64,000 nucleotides of DNA from Vicinamibacteria bacterium (GTDB taxonomy: Bacteria; Acidobacteriota; Vicinamibacteria; Fen-336; JAGNNV01). The notes under the pieces are model-generated. The model saw only the letters and a program-made list of their open reading frames with translations, did no database searches and was not told where the DNA came from. The stretch covers positions 71,700 through 135,699 of the forward strand of contig JBGATM010000009.1 of NCBI GenBank assembly GCA_044229175.1, written 5' to 3'. Positions 25,810-35,246 of this stretch are shown here, one piece after another (position 1 is the stretch's first letter; every line of letters begins with the position of its first letter). Both the position numbers and the translations under genes were made by a program.

Positions 25810-27369
25810 TCACTGGACGTGGACGGTCTGGGTCGGGAACGCGAAGCCGCTGCCCGCGCGCTCGACCACATCCATGAACTGGATCAGGATGTCCTGCCGG
25901 ATCAACTGGAACTCGCCCCAGTCCTCGGTCTGGAACCAGGCCATGATTTCGATGTCGAGGGAAGACGCGGCCAGTTCCTTGAAGCGCACCACCACGGTGT
26001 CGGGCCAGATCTTCGGATGGGCGCGCAGCACCCGCTCGAGGCCGGCAAGGACGGCCCTCATCTGTCCGGCGGTGGTCGAGTAGACGAGGGAGACGGTGCA
26101 GGCGAGACGCATGCGGTCGCGCATGGTGTATGACTCCACGCGCATATCGGCGAGGCGGCCGTTGGGAATGGCGATCACGGTCCGATCCAGGGTGCGTATC
26201 CTCGTCGACCTCAGACCGATGGCTTCGATGGTGCCCACGAAGTCCTCGATCTTCACGAAGTCCCCGATTCGAAACGGCTCGTCCGCCGCGAGGGAGACCG
26301 AGCCGAACAGATTCTCCACCGTCTTCTGGGCGGCGAGCGCGAAGACAAGGCCGCCGAGACCGAGCCCGGCGAGCAGACTCGCCACCGGGTAGCCCAGCTC
26401 CGAGAGCGCGGCCACGATCCCGATCGCGGCCACCGCGACTTTGCCCAGCCGCTCGCCCAGACCCAGCATGGAGCGCGCGGAAGGCCGCTCCTGGACCCAG
26501 GGAAGTACCCGCACCGCCTCCGCCGCGAGATCGACCACCCGCCACAGCCCCCAGAAGACGGCGACGAGACCGAAGGCCTTGAGGCATCGCCGGAGGAGCT
26601 CATCGGCGGGCGGGTTGAGGTGAAGCAGAGTGAGGAACCCCGCCATCCACACCAGAGTCCAGCCCAGGGTCAAGGGCCCGGCCAGGCGGCCGATCAGCTG
26701 GTCGTCCCACTCCGACTGGGTTCGAGACGACAGGTGCGCGAGCAACCGGCGCGAGAGGGCGCCACACAGCCGGCCGAACGCCCACGCGAGAGCGAGGAGG
26801 GGAAGGAGGGCGATCCATTGCCACCACAGGAGTTCGCTGGGGCCCGGCCGAAGCAGCACCTCCGGGAGATTCTCGCGGATCCAGCGATCGCCCAGGGCGT
26901 CGTACCACACGTCGATCCTCGACACCGTGCCGGACGAGAAAACCCAGCGCACGCGGTCGGCATCCACTTTCCGAACCAGGCGTACGGTCTCCGGCCGGCC
27001 CGACGGCCCCGGGATCGCGCCGAGGCGATCGACTCCCTCGCCCAGGCCATCCTTCCGGTCTCCCTCCGAGAGAGGTGAAAGCAGGGAGAGGTCGATCCAG
27101 AGGTGGTGGTCGAGAACGGCCTTCAATCGCCGCGCCAGTTCAGGCCCCCGCGCCGGGGAGCCGTCGAGCGCCAGGTATCTTGCCGCTTCCTCATATTGGC
27201 CGGCCCGGCAGGCATCCAGGTATTCCTGGACCGAGACGCGGGGCGAGTCCGGCGCCGCCTCGACCACCATCTCCGGGGAGGGAGTGGGCGAAGGCGCCTG
27301 GGCCAGCGCGGGCTGTGCGGTCGAGGTGGCCAGAGCCAGCCAGAGCAGTCCGCGGGCGCCAGGCCTCAT
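25810..27369 (-). CDS. MscS-family mechanosensitive channel with N-terminal signal peptide and periplasmic domain.
   Basis: Conserved MscS core (pore helix and beta domain: PFRIGDFVKIEDFVGTIEAIGLRSTRIRTLDRTVIAIPN). Signal peptide at the N-terminus. Confidence 0.8.
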   Translation of the reverse strand: MRPGARGLLWLALATSTAQPALAQAPSPTPSPEMVVEAAPDSPRVSVQEYLDACRAGQYEEAARYLALDGSPARGPELARRLKAVLDHHLWIDLSLLSPLSEGDRKDGLGEGVDRLGAIPGPSGRPETVRLVRKVDADRVRWVFSSGTVSRIDVWYDALGDRWIRENLPEVLLRPGPSELLWWQWIALLPLLALAWAFGRLCGALSRRLLAHLSSRTQSEWDDQLIGRLAGPLTLGWTLVWMAGFLTLLHLNPPADELLRRCLKAFGLVAVFWGLWRVVDLAAEAVRVLPWVQERPSARSMLGLGERLGKVAVAAIGIVAALSELGYPVASLLAGLGLGGLVFALAAQKTVENLFGSVSLAADEPFRIGDFVKIEDFVGTIEAIGLRSTRIRTLDRTVIAIPNGRLADMRVESYTMRDRMRLACTVSLVYSTTAGQMRAVLAGLERVLRAHPKIWPDTVVVRFKELAASSLDIEIMAWFQTEDWGEFQLIRQDILIQFMDVVERAGSGFAFPTQTVHVQ

Positions 27370-27429
27370 GCCCTGCTCCGGGAGACGTCATGGCGGGATG
27401 TCGCGCGACCCTGGAATCTCGACACTCGG

Positions 27430-28383
27430 CTAGCCTCGCCTGGCCATCATCATCCGAGCCGTCGAGATCGCCCGCTCTTCCTGGAACCTCCGGAGGACGT
27501 CGCTGACCTCTGGATGGGCGCCGGTGATCTCGGTCAGAACCGCGCGGCTGAGTTCGAGGCAGTCGCACGGTTCCGCGGCGGCGAGGGTGGCCGTCCGAGG
27601 CTTTCCGGTGAGGACCGAGATCTCCCCGAAGAAATCGCCCTCCTCGAATTCCTGGACCTTGGTCGACCTGCCGCCCGGACCTCGCACGTAGGCCTTGACC
27701 TTGCCGGAGCTCAGGATGAACATGGAGTCTCCCTCGTCGCCTTCGACCGTGATGAGGTCGCCAGGCTCGAACGAGACGAGTTCAAGGCCGCGCATGACCG
27801 CAACCAGCTCCTCCGACTTCAAGCTGTCGAAGAGCGGGGTCGAGAGGTCTTCCTTGGGCGGGAGTTCCTCCTCCTCCGGTTCGGCGTCGATCATGGGTGC
27901 GGCGAGCGATGGCGACGAATCGGCGGCGGGCGCGGCCGGGGTGGCCGGCAACGGCGAGGCCGCGGCCTCCGTGCCCAACCGGAAGTCCGCGGCATGGTCG
28001 ATCTCCTCGAGGCCGAACTTCACGACCGCCGACGAACCGACGGGCGGCGGGGGCGGGCGGACGGCCTGGGTGCGTCGACTCTTGTCCTGGATCAGCTGCG
28101 CGAGACGGGTCTCCACGTCGCGGCGTCCGGGCTCGATCTTCTCGACCCGCTTCAGCATGGCGATCGCCTTGGCGATGAATCCGTCGCTCGCGAACTGGTC
28201 GGCCAGGGTCAGCAGCACCGGCACCGCCGCGGGCGCCTGCCCCGCCATGATGTAGACATCGGCGAGCTTGAGGCGCAGGCGCCGGAAGAGCGGCTTCGCC
28301 CGGGACTGCGCGAGAAGGGTCTCGATCGCCCTGGAGAACTCCTTCTTCGCAATGAAAGTCTCAACCTGGTCCACCATGGTCAC
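27430..28383 (-). CDS. Cyclic-nucleotide-binding (cNMP) domain protein with an N-terminal TPR-like helical domain.
   Basis: C-terminal cNMP motif FGEISVLTGKPRTATLAAAEPCDCLEL. The N-terminal helical repeats are TPR-like. A P/A-rich linker separates the two domains. Confidence 0.7.
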   Translation of the reverse strand: MTMVDQVETFIAKKEFSRAIETLLAQSRAKPLFRRLRLKLADVYIMAGQAPAAVPVLLTLADQFASDGFIAKAIAMLKRVEKIEPGRRDVETRLAQLIQDKSRRTQAVRPPPPPVGSSAVVKFGLEEIDHAADFRLGTEAAASPLPATPAAPAADSSPSLAAPMIDAEPEEEELPPKEDLSTPLFDSLKSEELVAVMRGLELVSFEPGDLITVEGDEGDSMFILSSGKVKAYVRGPGGRSTKVQEFEEGDFFGEISVLTGKPRTATLAAAEPCDCLELSRAVLTEITGAHPEVSDVLRRFQEERAISTARMMMARRG

Positions 28384-28648
28384 CTGAGTCGGCCGTGCGG
28401 CCGTGGCGCGGCCGCGGGTGTATCCTATATTAGTTGGAACTCAAAGTACTATCCGATCCGACGCGCCCGCCCGTCAACGAGGGATCGGGAACCCGTGGGC
28501 GCCGCGCCGAACTCCTGCAGCGAGACCCGCGGAAATATTGGGGCCGATCGGCGGGGGCAAGCCGTTCATCGCCTGTGCCAGAATGGTGGAGCCATGGAAC
28601 TGATTTCAGGCGTATCGGGACGAATGTTCGGGTTCCGGGTGGCCTGAC

Positions 28649-29416
28649 ATGGCGGCGCCGCCCAGACGGGTTCGCATCTCGACGGTCTCCTCGGCCCGCG
28701 ATCCGCGGTTCCGTCGCGCGTTCTCCCTCTACGCGGCCATATTTCCCGCCAGCGAGAGAATCGGCCGCGAGTATTTCAAGAACCTCTTCGAGGAGAAGAG
28801 GCTTGGCCTTCTCGCTCCCTTCAACTTCCACTTCCTGGTGGCCCACGAGGGAGAACGCGTCCTCGGATTCATCAGCGGCACCTACCTCGCCATCGCCAAC
28901 CTCGGATTCGTCGGCTATCTCGCGGTTCGACCCTCCGCGGCCGGGCGACACGTGGGATCCAGGCTTCGCCAGCGACTGGTCCAACTCGTCCGGCGCGACG
29001 CCCTCGCGGCGGGGCACCCCAGGCTCCTTGGGATGATGGGCGAGGTCGAGGAGGGCAATCCCTGGCTGCAGACCATGCGTCGCCGGGGAGCGCTCGCGCT
29101 TGATCTCGACTATCTCCAGCCTTCGACCGACGGCACCGCCGTGGTTCCCCTGGTTCTGTACCTGCAGCCCACGTCCGACCGAAGAGTGCGCTCCCTTTCG
29201 GCTCCGGCCTTGCGCCGGGTCCTTTATGCGGTCTACCGCCGGCTCTATCGGATCCGGTTCCCGCTCAAGCAGCCGGAGTTCCGGCGCATGCTGCGCCAGC
29301 TCGAGGGCCGCGCCCGCGTGGGTGCCCGTCCCCTGAAGTCCCCGGCGCCGCCTCCCGCGAAAGCCCGGACGGCCCGCCGGAAGCAAGTTCCGAAGGGAGT
29401 TCCACGTGTTGACTGA
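28649..29416 (+). CDS. Hypothetical protein, GNAT acetyltransferase-like fold.
   Basis: Weak GNAT motif-A-like segment VLGFISGTYLAIANLGFVGYLAVRPSAAGRHVGSRLRQRL. Basic C-terminal tail. Confidence 0.4.
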   Translation: MAAPPRRVRISTVSSARDPRFRRAFSLYAAIFPASERIGREYFKNLFEEKRLGLLAPFNFHFLVAHEGERVLGFISGTYLAIANLGFVGYLAVRPSAAGRHVGSRLRQRLVQLVRRDALAAGHPRLLGMMGEVEEGNPWLQTMRRRGALALDLDYLQPSTDGTAVVPLVLYLQPTSDRRVRSLSAPALRRVLYAVYRRLYRIRFPLKQPEFRRMLRQLEGRARVGARPLKSPAPPPAKARTARRKQVPKGVPRVD

Positions 29417-30071
29417 AATCCAGGGCCTCCTCGATGGCTTCGCCGGCCTGGGCGAGCGGGCGGTTGCGTTCGTCCCGCGCGTCTTCTTCGCTTTTCTGGG
29501 GCTCATCATCGGCTGGCTGGTGGCGCGCGGGCTCAGGAATCTCATCCGGCGCCTGCTTCGCATGATGCGACTCGACGACGCCGCGGAACGGGTGGGGATC
29601 GACGACTACCTCGTGCGCGGGGGGGTGAGGTCCACGACTGCGACCCTCGTAGCCGACGCCGTCTACTGGGTCACCACTCTCGCCGCCCTGCTTGCCGCCC
29701 TGAGCATCCTTGGCGTCAACACCGCGAGCCACCTTCTCGATCGCCTGGCCATAGCCATTCCCAACGGCATCGCGGTCCTGCTGTTCGTGATCATGGGGTC
29801 CCTGCTCGGGCAGTTCGTGGGGGCCTTGACGTTCTCCTATCTCAACAACATCGGGATATCCGGGCCGAGGGCCATCAGCGTCCTCGCCCAGTACGCCATC
29901 ACGCTCTTCGTGGTCTCGGTCGGTCTAGAGGAGCTCTCGATCGGCGGCCAGATCCTCGTTTCCGCGTTTCAGATGGCCTTCGGAGCGTTTTGCCTCGCCC
30001 TGGCCCTGGCCTTTGGCCTGGGGGGCCGGGAATGGGCGGCCCGCGTTCTCGAATCGTGGTGGAAGAGTTGA
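29406..30071 (+). CDS. Conserved membrane protein (TM-helix repeat, CmpX/MscS-N-terminal-like).
   Basis: Four to five predicted TM helices. No catalytic motifs. Confidence 0.45.
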   Translation: MLTEIQGLLDGFAGLGERAVAFVPRVFFAFLGLIIGWLVARGLRNLIRRLLRMMRLDDAAERVGIDDYLVRGGVRSTTATLVADAVYWVTTLAALLAALSILGVNTASHLLDRLAIAIPNGIAVLLFVIMGSLLGQFVGALTFSYLNNIGISGPRAISVLAQYAITLFVVSVGLEELSIGGQILVSAFQMAFGAFCLALALAFGLGGREWAARVLESWWKS

Positions 30072-30090
30072 TGCTCCGGGGGTTCGGAAC

Positions 30091-30933
30091 GTGATCATCG
30101 ACTGCCACGTCCATCTCAACAACTATCACAACGAGACGATCTCGTCGCTCGACCAGTCGATCGAGCAGTTGCTGCGGGAGATGCGAAGGAACCGGGTGGA
30201 CATCGCCCTCATCCTGTCCTCCTACAAAGTGAACCCGGGCCGCCCGGACACCGCCACCCTGGTCGAGGCCACCCGGCCGTTCAAGAGCCTCTTCATCGTC
30301 GCCGGGATTCCCTTCGAGGGAGTGAGAGCCGAACAGCTCGACGCCCTGCGGCCGGGCGTCGCGGAAGGGAAGATCCGCGGCCTGAAGCTCTATCCGGGCT
30401 ACCAGCCCTTCTACCCCAGCGACCCGTCGCTGGAACCGGTCTACGAGTTCGCCCGAGCGAACCGTCTGCCCGTCATGATCCATAGCGGCGACACCTACTC
30501 GCCCCGCGGCAAGATCAAGTACTCGCACCCCATCCACGTGGACGAGGTCGCGGTCGATCATCCGGACGTGAACTTCGTCATCTGTCACCTCGGCAATCCC
30601 TGGGTTCGCGACTGCATGGAGGTTGTCTACAAGAACGCGAACGTGTACACCGACTTCTCCGGTCTGGTTCTCGGAGACTTCGATGACCGGTTCGAAAGCT
30701 ACATGCTGAAGCAGGTGCAGGAGATGCTGGCCTGGGGAGTCCAGCCCGAGAAATGCCTGTATGGCACCGACTGGCCGCTCGCCGCGATGGGGTCGTATCT
30801 CGATTTCATGGAACAGCTGAACATGCCCCAGAAGGACCGCGCTCTGATCCTCTTCCAGAACGCCATCCGGCTGTTCCGACTGCCCGTCTCCCAGCCGCTG
30901 CTCGGGGGTTCGACCCCTTTCGGGCAGTTCTAG
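30091..30933 (+). CDS. Amidohydrolase-2 family metal-dependent TIM-barrel hydrolase.
   Basis: N-terminal IIDCHVHL metal-binding motif and internal HSGD/HLG motifs. In-frame GTG 30091 follows the upstream stop at 30071. Confidence 0.7.
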   Translation: MIIDCHVHLNNYHNETISSLDQSIEQLLREMRRNRVDIALILSSYKVNPGRPDTATLVEATRPFKSLFIVAGIPFEGVRAEQLDALRPGVAEGKIRGLKLYPGYQPFYPSDPSLEPVYEFARANRLPVMIHSGDTYSPRGKIKYSHPIHVDEVAVDHPDVNFVICHLGNPWVRDCMEVVYKNANVYTDFSGLVLGDFDDRFESYMLKQVQEMLAWGVQPEKCLYGTDWPLAAMGSYLDFMEQLNMPQKDRALILFQNAIRLFRLPVSQPLLGGSTPFGQF

Positions 30934-31071
30934 GGTCGTCAGGAACATGACTGCCGCGGTGGCCCCGACCTGAGTGGGCCCCTGCCGCGAGGGCGAACCC
31001 TGAGGGAGTGAGCCGGCGATTGTCTGGCCGGTCTCTGCCTGCGGACGCCATCAGGAATGGATCGCTTCGGC

Positions 31072-31221
31072 TCAGATCCCGGTCGGTTCCAGGTGACGCA
31101 CCAGAGCGACCTCGTTACCCTTCTCGCCGTAGATCACGTCATCCACCAGGCCCTGGGTCACGAGGATGCCGAAGCCGCCCGGCCGCATCCCCCGCTCTGC
31201 GCGCTTCTCAGCGTGCGCCAT
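31072..31221 (-). pseudogene. Remnant of an RsbW/SpoIIAB-type anti-sigma-factor kinase (C-terminal ~49 codons of a GHKL ATPase only).
   Basis: Reverse-strand translation gives MAHAEKRAERGMRPGGFGILVTQGLVDDVIYGEKGNEVALVRHLEPTGI*. This matches the characteristic C-terminal GxGFxIxxxLxDEV...GxxVxL motif. An in-frame stop lies 18 codons upstream of the Met, so no full-length gene exists. Confidence 0.3.
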
Positions 31222-31351
31222 GGGCTGTCCCGGAGGATTCGAAACCGCTGCGTGCCCCAGGCTGTCCTTCTCCTAGACATTACCATGAACTCCACATTTT
31301 GTTTTGTGTACAAACTAATCTGTGATACTTTCTTGATGGAAAGGACCTGCC

Positions 31352-32263
31352 ATGAAAACGCCCCGACTGATCGTCTGCGCCACCGACCTCCGGGAAGGCG
31401 GCGACCGCGCCATCATGGAAGCTGATACGTGGGCGAAGCGGCACAACGCCACCGTGGCTTTCGTCCATGCGATTCCCGAGACGTCTCGAAGTCACGTTCT
31501 GTTCCCCCAGCTGGCGCAGAGGAGCTTCAACCATCTGCCCGCGCTCATGAGCCTGGCCGCCGATGCCGTGGCCGGACGCGTCGAGCGCCTCACTTCCCGG
31601 CCACGGGCCGACCTGGACATCCGGGTCGATGTCGGTTCGCCCGCGGGAATCATCGTTTCGGTGGCCGAGGAGCTGGGCGCCGACCTCATCGTCCTTGGCG
31701 CGGTTTCGAGCCCTGACACGATCGGGCCCCTGGGCTCGGTGGCCCTGCGGGTAGTCCGCCACGCGCACAGCCCGGTGCTGGTGGTGCGCCCAGGCGAGGG
31801 GACCGGGCCGGTCCTTTCGGCGAGCGATCTCTCCGATCCGGGTTTCCCCGCGGTGGTGGCCGGGGCCTATCTGGCCGAAGGCCTCGGCGCGCCCCTGTCG
31901 GTCATCCACGTGGCCGAGCTTCCCCCGCCTCCGCCGGTGGTCCCCGAGGCTGTCGGCGCCGGCCTCGGATACGCGATGACGGGGGCGGAGTATCAGCTCC
32001 TGCGCGAAGCGGCGAGGGACGCCTTGGCATCGGCGATGACCAAGTTGGGGTTGAACGGGCAGACCCTCGTCGAGGAGGGAATTCCCGGCGTATCGATCGT
32101 GGCCGCGGCCCGTCGACTGAAGGCTCGTCTGCTCGTGGTCGGCACGGAAGGTCGGACGGGCCTGCGGCGAATGCTCCTCGGAAGCACCGCGGAGCAGATC
32201 CTCAGGGCCGCTCCCTGTTCCGTTCTCGTTGTCCGGCTTCATTCCCATGGAGGTCCATCATGA
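31352..32263 (+). CDS. Universal stress protein, tandem UspA domains.
   Basis: Two USP domains with C-terminal G-x2-G-x9-G(S/T) ATP-binding-like motifs (VLGAVSS, VVGTEGRTGLRRMLLGSTA). Confidence 0.8.
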   Translation: MKTPRLIVCATDLREGGDRAIMEADTWAKRHNATVAFVHAIPETSRSHVLFPQLAQRSFNHLPALMSLAADAVAGRVERLTSRPRADLDIRVDVGSPAGIIVSVAEELGADLIVLGAVSSPDTIGPLGSVALRVVRHAHSPVLVVRPGEGTGPVLSASDLSDPGFPAVVAGAYLAEGLGAPLSVIHVAELPPPPPVVPEAVGAGLGYAMTGAEYQLLREAARDALASAMTKLGLNGQTLVEEGIPGVSIVAAARRLKARLLVVGTEGRTGLRRMLLGSTAEQILRAAPCSVLVVRLHSHGGPS

Positions 32264-32622
32264 AGAACCCTGCCGCAGTCCCCGAAAGCATTCAGAATTC
32301 CGTAGTCATCCTTCGCTGTCGCGGGGTCGAGCTGGACGCCGCCGATCGCCAGGAGTTGCATCGAAGCGAAGTGGCGTTTGGACACGTCTTTCGGCGGATC
32401 CATCGGATCGAATGGAAGTTCATCGGTCGTCCGCGCGAAGTCGAGCTCCGTTGTGAGATCCAGGCGCTGAGCGGAGAATTCACCGCGGTCGCGATCGAGG
32501 CCAACGGGCGAGCGGCGCTTCAGTCGGTGACCCAGAAGATCCTCAAGCAGAAGCGGCGATCCAAGACGATCTCCGTGACCCGGCGCCGCGCGGTTCCGGC
32601 CCGCCGGGGCCGGGCGGCCTGA
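32260..32622 (+). CDS. hpf: Probable ribosome hibernation promoting factor (HPF/RaiA family).
   Basis: The C-terminal segment VAIEANGRAALQSVTQKILKQKRR resembles the HPF AID-LAVDKLERQLRKHK motif. Size about 120 aa. ATGA overlap with the USP gene. Confidence 0.5.
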   Translation: MKNPAAVPESIQNSVVILRCRGVELDAADRQELHRSEVAFGHVFRRIHRIEWKFIGRPREVELRCEIQALSGEFTAVAIEANGRAALQSVTQKILKQKRRSKTISVTRRRAVPARRGRAA

Positions 32623-32645
32623 CCGGAGCGTAGACTTCCATCCTC

Positions 32646-34367
32646 TTGGGGAACCCGGTCCTCGGCCATGGTCGTGACGCCTCCGCCCCCGCGCCTCAAG
32701 TCGATGGAGCGGCCGCCGGAAAGCAGGAGTCCGTGACCCCGGGCGATCGTATCGACGCCTTGCAGGACGGCCTCCTCCGGGGCATCGGGAGTTCCCCCGA
32801 CCGGCGCCCGGCCCTGCTGGGCCGCATGATCCGGCGCGACGCCAGCGAGTCCATCGGGTATTGGCTCCAGCTCACGGTGTCCGTGGGCATCGGAACCCTT
32901 GGCCTGGTCACCGGCAGCAGCGCGGTCATCATCGGCGCGATGTTGATCGCCCCGCTCATGGATCCGATCATCGCCCTGGCCCTGGGCCTTGCGGTTGGCT
33001 CGCCCCTTCTCTCGTTGCGCGCGCTGATCCGCATCGTGTTGAGCGTCGGTGTCGCGGTGGCGGGGTCCGCGCTCATCACCGTCCTGCTTCCCTTCCACGA
33101 GGTCAACGCCGAGATTGCCGCCCGGGTATCGCCCACCCTCCTCGATCTCATCACCGCCGTCTTCTGCGCGCTGGCCGGCCTCTACGCGTGCATTCGCGGC
33201 ACCTCCGACGTGGTGACCGCGGGCGCTGGAACCGCGATCGGCATTTCCCTCGTTCCTCCTCTATGCGTCGCCGGCTACGGCATAGGCGCGGGCGTCTGGC
33301 CGGTGGCGAGCGGCGCCGGGCTCCTCTTCCTGGCGAATATCGTGGCCATCATCACCGTGGGCGGTGCGATATTCCTGGCGCTCGGGTTCAACCGGGTGGA
33401 TCCAACCGACACCGAGCGCGCGGAGTTGCTTCAGGAGGCGTCTGCGGTCGTGCGCGCTCTCGCCTCCCGCTTCGGCGCCCTGTTTCAACGGCCCGACGCC
33501 CATCTCCTTCGTTTCCTGATGCCCCTCGTGCTCTTCGGCATCGTGTTCATTCCGCTGAAAGCCGCTCTGGACGAGGTCGCCTGGGAAGTCAGAGTGAGGC
33601 GTGGCGTCAGGGAGGCCGTGGAGAAGGAACCGCGTCCGGTGCTTCAGACCAAGACGCGAGTGGAGCGCCGTCAGGTGGACGTGACCCTGGTCCTGCTTGG
33701 AACGTCTGAAGATGCCGACAAGACACGCCGCCGTCTCGACGGTCAGATCCGCCAACTCTCCGGGGTGGCGCCGCGACTGAGCGTATCCGCGGTCACGGAC
33801 GCCCAGGGCGTGAACCTGGCTCCCCTGGCCGCGCCCGCTCCCGTTCGCCCGGCCGAGATCCTCGAACAGGCCCAGGGACTGGTGGCAAGCGGTCTGGCGT
33901 CGGTCTGGCCTGAGGAGTCGGCGGGAAAACTGCTTGCTGTCGATATCGGGCGCCGCGCGGACGGGATTCAGGTCCGACTGCTTCACCTCGGGCCGCCGCT
34001 CGCCGCCGCGGCTCGCGAAGCCATCCAGCGCAGCCTCACCGGGAGCCTGAGCTTGCCCGTCGCGGCGCAGGATGTCGCCATCCCCACCCAGGTGCTCAAA
34101 GGGTTCGAGCTCGACGAGCGGGTCCTCGCGACCGCGTTGGGCGCGCTCGAATCGACGGACGGACTTTCCGGGATCAGCGTCTGCTATACGACTCCGAAGG
34201 CGAAGCCCCGAACCGCCCGCGGGCGCGACGTGGGTCGCGCCCTGGACGAAGCGCTGGCCCATCGTCCCAATGTCTCTCGCTCGGTCGGCGCCGGTTACGA
34301 GATTCGCTTCTCGGCGCAACCCTGCGAAGTGGCGACCCCGACCGCCGACGCCAAACCCCGACCATGA
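32646..34367 (+). CDS. DUF389-family integral membrane protein with a long C-terminal soluble region.
   Basis: Gly-rich TM helices typical of DUF389 (IGAMLIAPLMDPI, GYGIGAG). Confidence 0.55.
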   Translation: MGNPVLGHGRDASAPAPQVDGAAAGKQESVTPGDRIDALQDGLLRGIGSSPDRRPALLGRMIRRDASESIGYWLQLTVSVGIGTLGLVTGSSAVIIGAMLIAPLMDPIIALALGLAVGSPLLSLRALIRIVLSVGVAVAGSALITVLLPFHEVNAEIAARVSPTLLDLITAVFCALAGLYACIRGTSDVVTAGAGTAIGISLVPPLCVAGYGIGAGVWPVASGAGLLFLANIVAIITVGGAIFLALGFNRVDPTDTERAELLQEASAVVRALASRFGALFQRPDAHLLRFLMPLVLFGIVFIPLKAALDEVAWEVRVRRGVREAVEKEPRPVLQTKTRVERRQVDVTLVLLGTSEDADKTRRRLDGQIRQLSGVAPRLSVSAVTDAQGVNLAPLAAPAPVRPAEILEQAQGLVASGLASVWPEESAGKLLAVDIGRRADGIQVRLLHLGPPLAAAAREAIQRSLTGSLSLPVAAQDVAIPTQVLKGFELDERVLATALGALESTDGLSGISVCYTTPKAKPRTARGRDVGRALDEALAHRPNVSRSVGAGYEIRFSAQPCEVATPTADAKPRP

Positions 34368-34433
34368 AGGCGCCCGCCTCGCACGAGGGGGGCACCCCAT
34401 CGGTGAGGTTCGGGCAATAGACTCTGCGGGCTC

Positions 34434-35246
34434 ATGAGTTTTGAAGCCCCCAAGAACGGCGGAGCCCTGGCGCGGGTGTTCGCTCTACTCACCGCCCTGT
34501 TCGTGGCCTGGTCCGTCTACGCCCTGGGCACGAACGCGCTGCCTCCGCTCGCCGCCGACCGGGGACGGATCGACTCGGCGATTTCGCTGAATCTCGCGGT
34601 TTCCGGCATCGTCTTCCTGGGCGCGCACGTCGCTCTGGTGATGGCGCTGCTCCGGCGGCCGAAAGAGGCGAGGATTCCCCACGAAAACCTGCGCGTGGAG
34701 ATCCTCTGGACCTCACTCACCGCGATGGTGCTGGTGGCTCTCCTCGTGAATTCAGAGATCGATTCGCGGGCCCTGGCCGCGGCTGCGACGAACGCCCCGG
34801 AGCCGCCGGTGGTGGTCGAGGTGGTCGCGCAACAGTTCGCGTGGAACTTCCGGCTGCCCGGCGAGGACGGGATCTTCGGCCGCACCGATCCGAAACTCGT
34901 GGACCAGGCCGAGCTCAACTTCATCGGCCTCGACCAGAAGGATCCGGCGGCCGAGGACGACATCATCCTTCCCCAGGGCCTGCTCGTTCTCCCCGCCGGA
35001 CGCGAGGTGCGCGTGCGGCTTCGCTCGCTCGACGTCATTCACAGCTTCTTCGTGGCTCCTTTCCGGATCAAGCGCGACGCCATGCCCGGCCTCGCCACGG
35101 AGTTCACGTTCACCCCGACCGTGACCGGAAAGTTCGAACTCGCCTGCGCCGAGCACTGCGGCCTCGGCCACTACCGCATGCGCGGCATGGTCGAGGTGGT
35201 CCCGAAGACCGAGTGGGCGAGCAAGGTGAAAGAGGCCCTGCAATGA
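34434..35246 (+). CDS. coxB: Cytochrome c oxidase subunit II (CuA-containing).
   Basis: CuA ligands HSFFV...CAEHCGLGHYRM. Two N-terminal TM helices. Confidence 0.85.
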   Translation: MSFEAPKNGGALARVFALLTALFVAWSVYALGTNALPPLAADRGRIDSAISLNLAVSGIVFLGAHVALVMALLRRPKEARIPHENLRVEILWTSLTAMVLVALLVNSEIDSRALAAAATNAPEPPVVVEVVAQQFAWNFRLPGEDGIFGRTDPKLVDQAELNFIGLDQKDPAAEDDIILPQGLLVLPAGREVRVRLRSLDVIHSFFVAPFRIKRDAMPGLATEFTFTPTVTGKFELACAEHCGLGHYRMRGMVEVVPKTEWASKVKEALQ

